Origin: a bacterium
GTDB lineage: Bacteria > Arandabacterota > Arandabacteria > Arandabacterales > JALGWA01
NCBI GenBank assembly: GCA_050125095.1
Contig: JASFEA010000014.1
Span: 1-34,257 of the forward strand
Direction: 5' to 3'
DNA: 34,257 nt
Shown: positions 25,950 through 34,257 of the stretch, piece by piece
How the letters are laid out: every line of letters begins with the position of its first letter
Position numbering within the stretch: the stretch's first letter is position 1
The notes under the pieces: model-generated
Databases searched by the model: none
The model's input: only the letters and a program-made list of their open reading frames with translations
Told to the model about the DNA's origin: nothing
Translations under genes and position numbers: made by a program

Positions 25950-27425
25950 GTGAGATTACGGGCTGTGCTTATAGCAGGTGTGGTCCTCTGTCTCGTGATT
26001 GCACTCGGGTGCGAGTGGTCCGACTCGCGCGCGCAGAGCGCCGCCCCGGCATCCCGGTCCAGGACTGAAGCACTCGCGACTCTGGCGGTGGCGGGCGGTG
26101 AAACTCCGGCGAGTCCGTTTGTCAGCGTCGCCGAGAGAGTGATGCCGGCGGTTGTCAGTATTGACACGAAGCGGACGGTTGAGAGCTCGGGCATGTTCAA
26201 CCAGCCTTTCGGAAGGCTGTTCAGAGACCTGATTCCGGACATGCCACAGGAGGAATATGAAGTACCCGGGTTCGCATCGGGCTTCATATTCGATGAAAGC
26301 GGCTATGTTCTTACAAATAACCATGTCGTCGAGGACGCTGAAGAAGTGACAGTGACCCTGCCGGACGAGAAGGAGTATGTCGCCGAAGTCGTGGGTACGG
26401 ACCCCAATACGGACATCGCCGTCCTGAAGATCGAGTCGGATGCGCGTTTTCCGACGGTGGCGCTCGGCAATTCGGACGGCATAAGAATCGGCGACTGGGC
26501 GATTGCGGTCGGCAATCCCTTCGGCTATCTCGAAGGTACGATGACGGTTGGAGTGATCAGCGCCAAGGGGCGATCGGATCTCAACATCGTCGGGGGCACC
26601 CCGGCGCTGCAGAGCTTCATCCAGACCGACGCGTCGATAAATTTCGGTAACAGTGGCGGACCGCTGGTGAATATAAACGGCGAAGCCATCGGTATGAATA
26701 CAGCCATCAACCCGTTTGGACAGGGAATCGGTTTTGCCATCCCGATCAACCTCGTCAGGCGGGTAACGGATGAGATCATCAGGTCGGGTAAGGTCTCCTG
26801 GGGGTATCTCGGTATACTGCCCCAGGCGATAACGCGCGACCTGGCCGAGGCCCTGGGCGTTAAGGCCAAGGAGGGAATTCTGGTGGCTGAAGTGGTTGAG
26901 GACGGACCTGCCGACAAAGCCGGCATGGAGAGGGGCGACATCATAGTCAAGTTCAACGGCCGGGAGTCCAGAGAAGTTGACGAGTTCAGGCTCAATGTTG
27001 CCCAGGCCGGCGTCGGAGCCGAGGTGGAGGTGGATGTCCTGAGGGACGGTGATACCAGGAAACTCGAAGTGACGCTGGGTGAGCGGCCTACGCGCGTGGC
27101 GCGGGCGACCAGCCAGCCTTACGAAGGCGAGTGGCTCGGCGTCAGCGTGGACGATGTGGACGGCCCCGTCGGTAGAAGGACCGCACCGGCTGACCTCGAT
27201 GAAGGGGTGGTGATAGTGGAGGTTGAGGATGGTAGTCCGGCTCAGGAAGCCGGGTTGCGTGTGGGTGACGTTGTAGAAGAAGTGGATGGGAAAGAAATAC
27301 GCAGCCTTGATGACTATGAAGAGGCTATAGACGAGGCCAGGGATCGTGGCGACAAACCGGTGCTGTTTCTCTTAAGGCGTGAAGGTCTCAGTCGCTACGT
27401 CGCTGTTAAGCCCAGGCAGGACTGA
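25950..27425 (+). CDS. degP: Do/DegQ (HtrA) family periplasmic serine protease with two PDZ domains
   Basis: VLTNNHVV, DIAVLKI, QTDASINFGNSGGPLVN; two PDZ domains; possible lipobox ALGC. Confidence 0.92.
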   Translation: MRLRAVLIAGVVLCLVIALGCEWSDSRAQSAAPASRSRTEALATLAVAGGETPASPFVSVAERVMPAVVSIDTKRTVESSGMFNQPFGRLFRDLIPDMPQEEYEVPGFASGFIFDESGYVLTNNHVVEDAEEVTVTLPDEKEYVAEVVGTDPNTDIAVLKIESDARFPTVALGNSDGIRIGDWAIAVGNPFGYLEGTMTVGVISAKGRSDLNIVGGTPALQSFIQTDASINFGNSGGPLVNINGEAIGMNTAINPFGQGIGFAIPINLVRRVTDEIIRSGKVSWGYLGILPQAITRDLAEALGVKAKEGILVAEVVEDGPADKAGMERGDIIVKFNGRESREVDEFRLNVAQAGVGAEVEVDVLRDGDTRKLEVTLGERPTRVARATSQPYEGEWLGVSVDDVDGPVGRRTAPADLDEGVVIVEVEDGSPAQEAGLRVGDVVEEVDGKEIRSLDDYEEAIDEARDRGDKPVLFLLRREGLSRYVAVKPRQD

Positions 27426-27457
27426 GTTCCTCCGGGCGAAAAGGTGGGGTGAGGAAG

Positions 27458-28312
27458 ATGGCTAGTGACGAGAGGAGTTTTGTGGAAGAGGAAAAGTCAC
27501 TCGCGCTTTATCTGCGGGAGATAAGCGATGTGCCGCTGCTCAAGCCTGAGCAGGAGGCGGAGCTGGCCCAGCGAATCCGGGACGGCGAAAAGGCGGCTCT
27601 TGACCAGCTTGTCAAGGCCAACCTGCGATTCGTTGTAAGTGTGGCCAGACAGTACAGGAACAGGGGCCTGAGTCTTGCCGATCTCATCAGCGAGGGGAAC
27701 GCGGGACTCGTGCGTGCGGCGACAACTTTCGATGAGAAGAAGGGCTGCAAGTTCATATCCTATGCAATCTGGTGGATCAGGCAGCGCATACTGCAGGCTC
27801 TGGCCGAGCAGTCGAGAATCGTGAGGCTGCCCCTTAACAGGGCGGGGACGCTGAGTCGCATAGGCAAGACATCAGGTGAATTGGGCCACGAGCTCGGCAG
27901 GGAACCCACTGCCCATGAAATCGCCGAGCATCTCGACATAAGCGAGAAAGAGGTGTCGGACACGCTCAAGGTGTCCATACCGCACCTCTCGATCGATGCC
28001 CCGACTACCGACGAGGACGACAGTTCGCTCCGGGAAGTGCTTCCGGACCAGGACGCGCCTTCGCCGGACAAGAGCGTTATCGACCGGTCGCTTCAGGAGG
28101 ATGTGGCCGAGGCTCTCGAGACGCTGGGCCCGCGCGAAGCCAAGATCCTGACGCTTTACTTCGGGATAGGCCGCGAGGAAGCCCTGACGTTAGAGGAGAT
28201 CGGCAGGATCCTGGGGCTCACTCGCGAGCGGGTCAGGCAGATCAAGGAAAAGGCCATTCAGAGGCTGAGACATGCCTCAAGGAGCGTTCACCTAAAGGCC
28301 TATCTGAACTGA
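27458..28312 (+). CDS. RNA polymerase sigma-70 family factor (RpoD/RpoS-like, lacking region 1.1)
   Basis: YLREI, ANLRFVVSVARQY, DLISEGNAGL, KFISYAIWWIRQ, TLEEIG...TRERVRQIKEKA. Start is 27449 or 27458. Confidence 0.93.
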   Translation: MASDERSFVEEEKSLALYLREISDVPLLKPEQEAELAQRIRDGEKAALDQLVKANLRFVVSVARQYRNRGLSLADLISEGNAGLVRAATTFDEKKGCKFISYAIWWIRQRILQALAEQSRIVRLPLNRAGTLSRIGKTSGELGHELGREPTAHEIAEHLDISEKEVSDTLKVSIPHLSIDAPTTDEDDSSLREVLPDQDAPSPDKSVIDRSLQEDVAEALETLGPREAKILTLYFGIGREEALTLEEIGRILGLTRERVRQIKEKAIQRLRHASRSVHLKAYLN

Positions 28313-28325
28313 GCCGATAATTATC

Positions 28326-28354
28326 TTGACAACCAGGTGGCGATTTTGTACCCT
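28326..28354 (+). promoter_or_regulatory. sigma-70-type promoter
   Basis: TTGACA-N17-TACCCT. Confidence 0.45.
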
Positions 28355-28374
28355 CCGACGCTGTACGTTCGCGT

Positions 28375-29304
28375 TTGGGGGTGAGTGTGCTCTCTGAAAG
28401 GATTACTATAATCATCATGCCTTCGGCAAAATCGAGTCCGAGGAGTATATCCATACCTCGAAGGTTGCTTATTTTTGTGGCTGTTGTTGTTATTTCGCTG
28501 TTTGCCTTCTCGCTCTTTTCCGGCGTGACGCAGGTGGCCAAGAGCGTTGACAGGGCACGCCTCTCGTCGCTTTCCCGCGAAAACGGCCTGCTGAAAGGCG
28601 AGCTGGAGAGGCTCAGCCAGAAGGTGGCAACCCTCAAGGGTGAGATGAATGAGCATGTCGTCTTCGAAGAGCGCATGCGCGTTGCCGCGGACCTCGAACC
28701 CCTCGACAAGGATGTATGGGAGGTCGGTATAGGCGGGCCGGAAATAGGCTACGGGCCCGTGGATCACCCTCTGGGCAAACAGATCGCTCTCATGGACAGC
28801 GATATAGATAAGCTCCTGAGGCAGATGAAACTGCAGCGCCACTCCTTCACCGAGATCTACGACGAGCTCCGAAAGAAGACTGAGGACCTCAAGTACATCC
28901 CCTCCTTGCGGCCCGTGGACGGCGGCTTCATTTCGAGCGGCTTCGGCAAACGCACGGATCCCTTTACCAAGCGCATAAGCCGCCACGAGGGAGTTGACTT
29001 CCAGACCAGGACCGGCGCCAAGGTATACGCTACGGCAGACGGCGTCGTAACCACGTCCAAGTACCGCAAGGGCTACGGGTATACCGTGGAGATAGACCAC
29101 GGCAACGGCATGCTTACGCGCTATGCGCATAACGCCAAGAACCTGGTCAGAGTGGGCGACCGAGTCGAACGCGGCCATGTTGTTGCCTATGTGGGCAATT
29201 CGGGCCGGTCGACTGCTCCTCATCTCCACTACGAGGTGAGAATAAACGGCGTCGCCCAGAACCCGCTCAAGTACATACTTCCGTCCGACGTAATCGTCGA
29301 CTGA
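28375..29304 (+). CDS. M23 family peptidoglycan metallopeptidase with TM and coiled coil
   Basis: SSGFGKRTDPF, HEGVD, TRYAH, GNSGRSTAPHLHYEV. Confidence 0.92.
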   Translation: MGVSVLSERITIIIMPSAKSSPRSISIPRRLLIFVAVVVISLFAFSLFSGVTQVAKSVDRARLSSLSRENGLLKGELERLSQKVATLKGEMNEHVVFEERMRVAADLEPLDKDVWEVGIGGPEIGYGPVDHPLGKQIALMDSDIDKLLRQMKLQRHSFTEIYDELRKKTEDLKYIPSLRPVDGGFISSGFGKRTDPFTKRISRHEGVDFQTRTGAKVYATADGVVTTSKYRKGYGYTVEIDHGNGMLTRYAHNAKNLVRVGDRVERGHVVAYVGNSGRSTAPHLHYEVRINGVAQNPLKYILPSDVIVD

Positions 29305-29307
29305 CCT

Positions 29308-30210
29308 ATGGGCTATCCCGCCTATAGGGACCTCATTGAATCAGGCGAACTGAGCCGTCGTGTAAAGACGGCGCATGAGATTCTGAAGCGCTGCACACTG
29401 TGTCCGCGATACTGCGAAGTGAACAGGCTCAAAGGCGAGCTCGGTTTCTGCGGGGGCGGGGCGGTGGCGAAGGTGGCGAGCTTCGGTCCGCACTTCGGCG
29501 AGGAACAGCCCCTGGTGGGGATGCATGGCTCGGGCACGATCTTCTTTTCCGGATGCAATCTCAAGTGCTGCTTCTGCCAGAACTACGACATAAGCCATAT
29601 GGGGGGTGGAAGAGAAGCCGCCGGCGAAGAGATTGGGGGCATGATGCTGAGGCTGGAAGCGGGCGGTTGCCACAATATCAACTTCGTGACCCCGACACAT
29701 TACCTTCCGCAGATGCTGGCCGCCATCGAGATGGCGGCCGCCGGGGGCCTTTCGGTTCCAATCGTCTATAATTGCGGTGCATATGAGGACATTGCGGCGC
29801 TTGAGCTCCTGGACGGCGTGGTCGATATCTACATGCCCGATTTCAAGTTCTGGAGGGAAGAGCCGGCGAGCGACTACTGCGGCGCGCCCGATTACAGAGA
29901 TGTGGCGAAGCGCGCGCTGGCCGAAATGCAGCGCCAGGTCGGCGACCTCATCATAGAGGGCGGCATAGCTCTTCGCGGTCTTCTCATAAGACATCTGGTA
30001 ATGCCCGGGGGCACGCGGGACGCGGCGGCCATTTTCGATTTCATCGCGCGGGAAATATCGCCGCGGGCCTTCGTCAATGTGATGGATCAGTACAGGCCGT
30101 GTTACAGGTCGGGCGAGCATGAGGAAATCGCGTCGCGCCCGAGCCGGGCCGAGTTCGAGGAGGCCCTTTCCGCCGCGCGGCGGTCAGGCCTCGAGCGGGT
30201 CTATCATTGA
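29308..30210 (+). CDS. Radical SAM protein, PflX-like
   Basis: CTLCPRYC, HFGEE, GSGTIFFSGCNLKCCFCQNYDIS, NINFVTPTH, DIYMPDFK, RHLVMP. Confidence 0.88.
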   Translation: MGYPAYRDLIESGELSRRVKTAHEILKRCTLCPRYCEVNRLKGELGFCGGGAVAKVASFGPHFGEEQPLVGMHGSGTIFFSGCNLKCCFCQNYDISHMGGGREAAGEEIGGMMLRLEAGGCHNINFVTPTHYLPQMLAAIEMAAAGGLSVPIVYNCGAYEDIAALELLDGVVDIYMPDFKFWREEPASDYCGAPDYRDVAKRALAEMQRQVGDLIIEGGIALRGLLIRHLVMPGGTRDAAAIFDFIAREISPRAFVNVMDQYRPCYRSGEHEEIASRPSRAEFEEALSAARRSGLERVYH

Positions 30211-30421
30211 GCGCCGGGGATGTTTCTAAGACGGCCGGGGCGGGAGACCGCGTCGCGCGCGAGTCGGGTGCCGGGCCTGGGCTTCTCAAAGAGAGGAGCC
30301 CGTCCTGCGGGACCAAAATGATAGTAAGAAAAGGTGTAAAAACACCCGGGATTGGTGTAACATGTGCCTTGCTACGGACCACGTATATAAATGTAATGAG
30401 TGAGGAGGATATCCCGAGGCT

Positions 30422-31720
30422 ATGAGGTCGGGCCTCAAACCATATAAGATCTTGCGGGTATTGGCCTTCTTTGCCGGTTGCTTGCTCATAGGAGCGGCCG
30501 TTTCCTATCTGGATTTCCCGACGCCGCATATCGTCCTCATAACGGCCATATTGTCCCTGTTGTGCTTCTTCACGCTGGAACTGCCGTGGGGCGGTTTTCT
30601 GGCCCCGTCCGACAGCGTTCTTCTCGCGCTGTGCCTTCTGGCCGGCAGCCTGAGGGCGGCCCCGGTGGCGATCGCCGCGGCCATAGCCGCGGGCGCCATG
30701 AGAGATAGGACAGGGCGCTCCATTGCCGTGACGGCACTTCGCAACGTCGTGGCGTTCTCCGCGGCACTGGGGCTGTGGCGCGCTCTGGTTCCGACGTGGA
30801 TGATTCTCATTAATGAAAGCCAGGCCGTGCTGATAAGCAGAAGCTCCGGTCTTCTGGACTCCTGGATTTTCTCCGCGGCCGCGGTGCCGCCGCTTCTTCT
30901 CTGTTCGCTGGGCTATCTGATGATGAGCTCGGTGGTTGATACTCTTCTGCGCCCGCGAAGGGAGTATGACTTCGGGGAGTACTGGCTTCTCAACTACGGC
31001 AGGAACCTCCACCATCACTTCTTCACGGTCGTGCTCGGGGCGCTGGCCTGTGTCGTATTCCGCGCCGCAGGGCCGTTGGCTTTCGTGGCCTTCGCCGTCC
31101 CTGTGCTTCTTACTAGGGACGCATTCAAACGCGGGCTCGATCTGAGGGCCTCCAAGATCGAAGCGGTTAAGGCGCTGTCGTCTTCTGTTGACGCGCGCGA
31201 CAGGTATACGCACGAGCATTCGAGCCGCGTGTCGCGTCTGGCGTGCAGGCTTGCGAGGGAGATGGGTTTCCCGGAGTCCACGGTCGAGAAGATCGAAGGC
31301 GGGGCGCTGCTTCACGATATCGGTAAAATAAGCGTGGACACGGAAATCCTCTCGAAGCCCGGCCCCCTTAATGAAGACGAGATGGAGATGATAAAGGGTC
31401 ATCCCAGGTGCAGCGCGGACATAATCTCGCGGCTGAGGCTGCTGCGTGAGTCGGCGGAGATAGTCGTGCAGCATCACGAGCGCCCTGACGGGAAGGGCTA
31501 TCCGGAAGGCCTCAGGGGACACGAGATCTCGATAGGCGCGCGCATACTCAACGTGGCGGACGCATTCGACGCCATGACCACGGACCGCCCCTACAGGAAG
31601 AGGCGGAGTCTCGAAGAGGCCGTTGATGAGCTCTCGAACGGGTCCGGGAGCGAATTCGATCCGGTTGTTGTTGAGTATTTGATGCGTATGATAGAAGATA
31701 ATAAAGTAGCGAGCGGCTGA
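30422..31720 (+). CDS. Membrane-anchored HD-GYP c-di-GMP phosphodiesterase (motifs intact)
   Basis: Multi-TM N-terminus; YTHEHSSRV, LLHDIGK, HHERPDGKGYP, ADAFDAM, RPYR. Confidence 0.9.
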   Translation: MRSGLKPYKILRVLAFFAGCLLIGAAVSYLDFPTPHIVLITAILSLLCFFTLELPWGGFLAPSDSVLLALCLLAGSLRAAPVAIAAAIAAGAMRDRTGRSIAVTALRNVVAFSAALGLWRALVPTWMILINESQAVLISRSSGLLDSWIFSAAAVPPLLLCSLGYLMMSSVVDTLLRPRREYDFGEYWLLNYGRNLHHHFFTVVLGALACVVFRAAGPLAFVAFAVPVLLTRDAFKRGLDLRASKIEAVKALSSSVDARDRYTHEHSSRVSRLACRLAREMGFPESTVEKIEGGALLHDIGKISVDTEILSKPGPLNEDEMEMIKGHPRCSADIISRLRLLRESAEIVVQHHERPDGKGYPEGLRGHEISIGARILNVADAFDAMTTDRPYRKRRSLEEAVDELSNGSGSEFDPVVVEYLMRMIEDNKVASG

Positions 31721-31757
31721 TCGCCGCCTAATTACCCTTTGCCTTAATTGGAGAGCG

Positions 31758-31841
31758 ATGTTCGGCGTACCGTTTGGCCATTTCCTCAGCAGCATGCTCG
31801 GGCTCATGAGGACATTCGGCTTCTGGGACGTAATCGGATAG
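31758..31841 (+). CDS. Small ORF, 27 aa: MFGVPFGHFLSSMLGLMRTFGFWDVIG
   Basis: GGAGAG SD-like motif just upstream of ATG 31758, TAG at 31839-31841; fills the gap between the two HD-GYP genes on the same strand; mostly G/C-ending codons. Confidence 0.6.
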   Translation: MFGVPFGHFLSSMLGLMRTFGFWDVIG

Positions 31842-31875
31842 ACACTGGGTCGCATATAACGGAAAGCAGTCAGGG

Positions 31876-33171
31876 ATGAGAAGCAGAGGATCTGCGTATG
31901 CGGTAGTACTTGCGTTGATCGCGGGTCTCATTCTGATCTACTCGCTTCCGGAGTTCGTGGCGGCTCTTTCATCGGATTCCTTCGGCATTCTAATCTGGTT
32001 CTCTCTGCTCATTGTAGCGGGGATACTCACATATGTATCGCTCCAGAGCGGCGGCGGGGTCATTGGGACGGCCGTCATCAACTTCGCCATCATAATCACG
32101 TACGGGGGCGGCGTCGCGGCATGGCTGGGCGCGGTCGAGATGCTCGTACTCATGAAGTTCGCCCTTAACTTCAGTGCGCTGCGGTCGGTTTTCAACGTCG
32201 CGCAGATGGTCATAACTCTCTTCATTGCCGGTGCGGTCTATCGCCTCGCCGGGGGAGCGCCGCTCGCGGGCGCCGATTGGACTCTCTCGACGGGAATAGG
32301 CATCCTGGTTCCCATAGCGCTATGCCATCTCGCCTACTTCTCGCTGAACACCGGGCTGGTGACGGTATGGTCGTCTCTCAATCTGAAGAGATTCCCGGTC
32401 ACTGCATGGCGGTCCAATTACCTGTATCTTCTGCCGCAGTCATTCGCGGCGCCGGTGGTGGGGGCGACCCTCGCGTTTCTCTACTCGGGTTTCTCAACCA
32501 TATTGGTGGTCGTCTTTTTCCTCTGGCTGGTCTATTATGCGCGGAGCTCGAAAGTCAATCTCGACCTGCTCAACAGCCAGAGGGAGACTGTGGCCGCGCT
32601 GGCAAGCACGGTTGACTCCACGACGCCTTATATGGGCGGGGAATCCGAACGGGTGGCGGGGCTTGCGGTGGAGCTCGGTAAGCGGGTGGGGCTCTCGGCC
32701 TGGAGGATACAGGCCCTGGAGTATGCCGCGCTCTTGCATGACATCGGCTACCTCTCGCTCGCCAAGAGATCGCTGTCCAAGTCCGAGCCGCTGACCCCTA
32801 TCGAGTGGATGAGGGTGCGGCAGCACGCCGAAGTGGGCGCCGATATCATCGGGCGGGTGCGCTCGCTCGAGCGCGTCAGCCAGATCGTCCGCGCCCATCA
32901 CGAGCGCCCTGACGGGAGGGGCTATCCCCGCGGGCTCGGCGGCGATGAAATACCCCGTGAGGCGGCCATACTCAAGGTGGCCGACGCCTTCGTGGCGATG
33001 ACTTCCGAAAGGCCTTACAGGGGGGCAATGAAGATCGACACCGCGGTCGGCAAGATTGTGAAAGGGGCGTCCAGCAGGTTCGATGATGACGCCGTCAAGA
33101 GCCTCGTCGATCTGTACCGAATTTCACTTCTCGACCGGTATGTTTCCTATCCACTTCAGGAGGCCGCTTGA
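31876..33171 (+). CDS. Membrane-anchored HD-GYP domain protein (partly degenerate)
   Basis: Multi-TM N-terminus; LLHDIGY, HHERPDGRGYP, ADAFVAM, RPYR; YMGGESERV where YTxxHSxRV is expected. Confidence 0.88.
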   Translation: MRSRGSAYAVVLALIAGLILIYSLPEFVAALSSDSFGILIWFSLLIVAGILTYVSLQSGGGVIGTAVINFAIIITYGGGVAAWLGAVEMLVLMKFALNFSALRSVFNVAQMVITLFIAGAVYRLAGGAPLAGADWTLSTGIGILVPIALCHLAYFSLNTGLVTVWSSLNLKRFPVTAWRSNYLYLLPQSFAAPVVGATLAFLYSGFSTILVVVFFLWLVYYARSSKVNLDLLNSQRETVAALASTVDSTTPYMGGESERVAGLAVELGKRVGLSAWRIQALEYAALLHDIGYLSLAKRSLSKSEPLTPIEWMRVRQHAEVGADIIGRVRSLERVSQIVRAHHERPDGRGYPRGLGGDEIPREAAILKVADAFVAMTSERPYRGAMKIDTAVGKIVKGASSRFDDDAVKSLVDLYRISLLDRYVSYPLQEAA

Positions 33172-34250
33172 GACCCGCGCAGGAAATACCGGGCAGCGTC
33201 TATCTCGTTTTTGGCGAGGACGAGTTTCTCGTTGAGGAGATGCTCATGACTCTGCTTGCCAAGGTCAAGGCCGCTCTGGGTGAAGAGCCCGTGGTGGAGA
33301 CCGTGGACTGCGAGGAGGGCCGGGCCGATGAGGTCCTTGCCGAGATTGTGTCCCCGTCGCTCTTCGCGGCCAACAAGATCAACGTGCTCAAGCATCTCAG
33401 GTTCGGCCGTCACAGGAAGCTTGTCGGCGAAATCGAGAAGTGCGTTTCCGAGGGACTCGTCCCGGGCCAGATACTGGTTCTGGTGAGCCGGGAGGTTGAC
33501 AAGCGCCTCAAGCTGGTGAAGACCGTAAATAAGCTGGGCGGCCTCATGCAGGTCCCGGACATGGACCCGGAGGCGAGGGAACGCTGGATCATGCGCAAGT
33601 TCAAGGACCTGGGTGTGACCGTCAGCCGGGACGTGGCGCAGCTGCTTCTCGATCTCAAGGACGACATGCGGGCCATAGCGTCGGAGATCGAGAAAGTCGT
33701 GACCTACGTGGGCGACGCGGATGCAGTCACAGTGGCCGACATAGAAGCCGTGGTCGGCAGAACAAAACATGAGAAAGTCTATGAGCTGACGCGTGCGGTC
33801 ATCATGCGGGATCCGGCGGCCGCCCTCGCGCTTCTGGCCGACCTTCTCGACCGGCCTGATGAATCGGCAATAGGGCTCCTCTACCGAATTTCAAGAGAGA
33901 TCCGCTGCCTTATCCAGATGAGGATGTTCCTGGACAGCACGCATAACGGGTGGGGCGAAAACATGCAATTCGGCATGTTCAAGAATGTAGTCTACCCGCG
34001 TTTCGATGCCTGGCTCAAGGAAGCCGGCGTCTCTCGGCGCGATTCATATATGTATATGCGTCCCTATGGCGTCTATATGAGATTCAAGGAGGGAGCGGGT
34101 TTCGAAGTGAGCGCCCTGGTCGGTTTTCTGGACGGGCTGCTCCGCGCGAATGTCGAGCTCGTGAGCACCTCGGTTCCGCCGAGGGTGGTCCTCGAGAGAC
34201 TTATCTCCACTCTGGGGGTTGAGGCTTGCAGTATAGCCGGCGGAAAATGA
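33168..34250 (+). CDS. holA: DNA polymerase III subunit delta
   Basis: VYLVFGEDEFLVEE, SPSLF, VDKRLK, IASEIEKV..Y, VYELTRAV. Confidence 0.85.
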   Translation: MRPAQEIPGSVYLVFGEDEFLVEEMLMTLLAKVKAALGEEPVVETVDCEEGRADEVLAEIVSPSLFAANKINVLKHLRFGRHRKLVGEIEKCVSEGLVPGQILVLVSREVDKRLKLVKTVNKLGGLMQVPDMDPEARERWIMRKFKDLGVTVSRDVAQLLLDLKDDMRAIASEIEKVVTYVGDADAVTVADIEAVVGRTKHEKVYELTRAVIMRDPAAALALLADLLDRPDESAIGLLYRISREIRCLIQMRMFLDSTHNGWGENMQFGMFKNVVYPRFDAWLKEAGVSRRDSYMYMRPYGVYMRFKEGAGFEVSALVGFLDGLLRANVELVSTSVPPRVVLERLISTLGVEACSIAGGK

Positions 34251-34257
34251 TAGGCAA

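Noticed and set aside
30074-31855. 593-aa minus-strand ORF
   Set aside because: Antisense shadow of the HD-GYP gene with no recognisable motifs; long shadow ORFs are expected at this GC content.

Overview
GC-rich, gene-dense chromosomal window from a diderm bacterium. PorV/PorQ-like, GldAFG-like, DUF4384 and DUF3108 genes suggest an FCB-superphylum lineage (inference). It holds about 25 CDS: housekeeping genes (rlmN, RlmI-like, AlaX, LpxH-like, degP-like, sigma-70, holA), two sigma-54 enhancer-binding response regulators, two histidine kinases, an ABC export module and two membrane-anchored HD-GYP proteins. No rRNA, tRNA, CRISPR array or intact transposase was seen. Four signals are not explained by the ORF track. 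(1) A complete sigma-54 promoter (candidate UAS, perfect IHF site, -24/-12 box) lies right after a PAS/GAF kinase-NtrC pair and drives a structured, terminator-bounded ~130-nt RNA with an anti-Shine-Dalgarno seed. (2) A 27-aa small ORF with its own RBS sits between an intact and a degenerate membrane HD-GYP protein, a candidate peptide/c-di-GMP signalling cassette. (3) A second sigma-54 promoter drives three secreted Cys/Trp/Tyr-rich proteins. (4) A 173-bp non-autonomous inverted-repeat element is present. All functional calls come from motif recognition by eye; no database searches were run.
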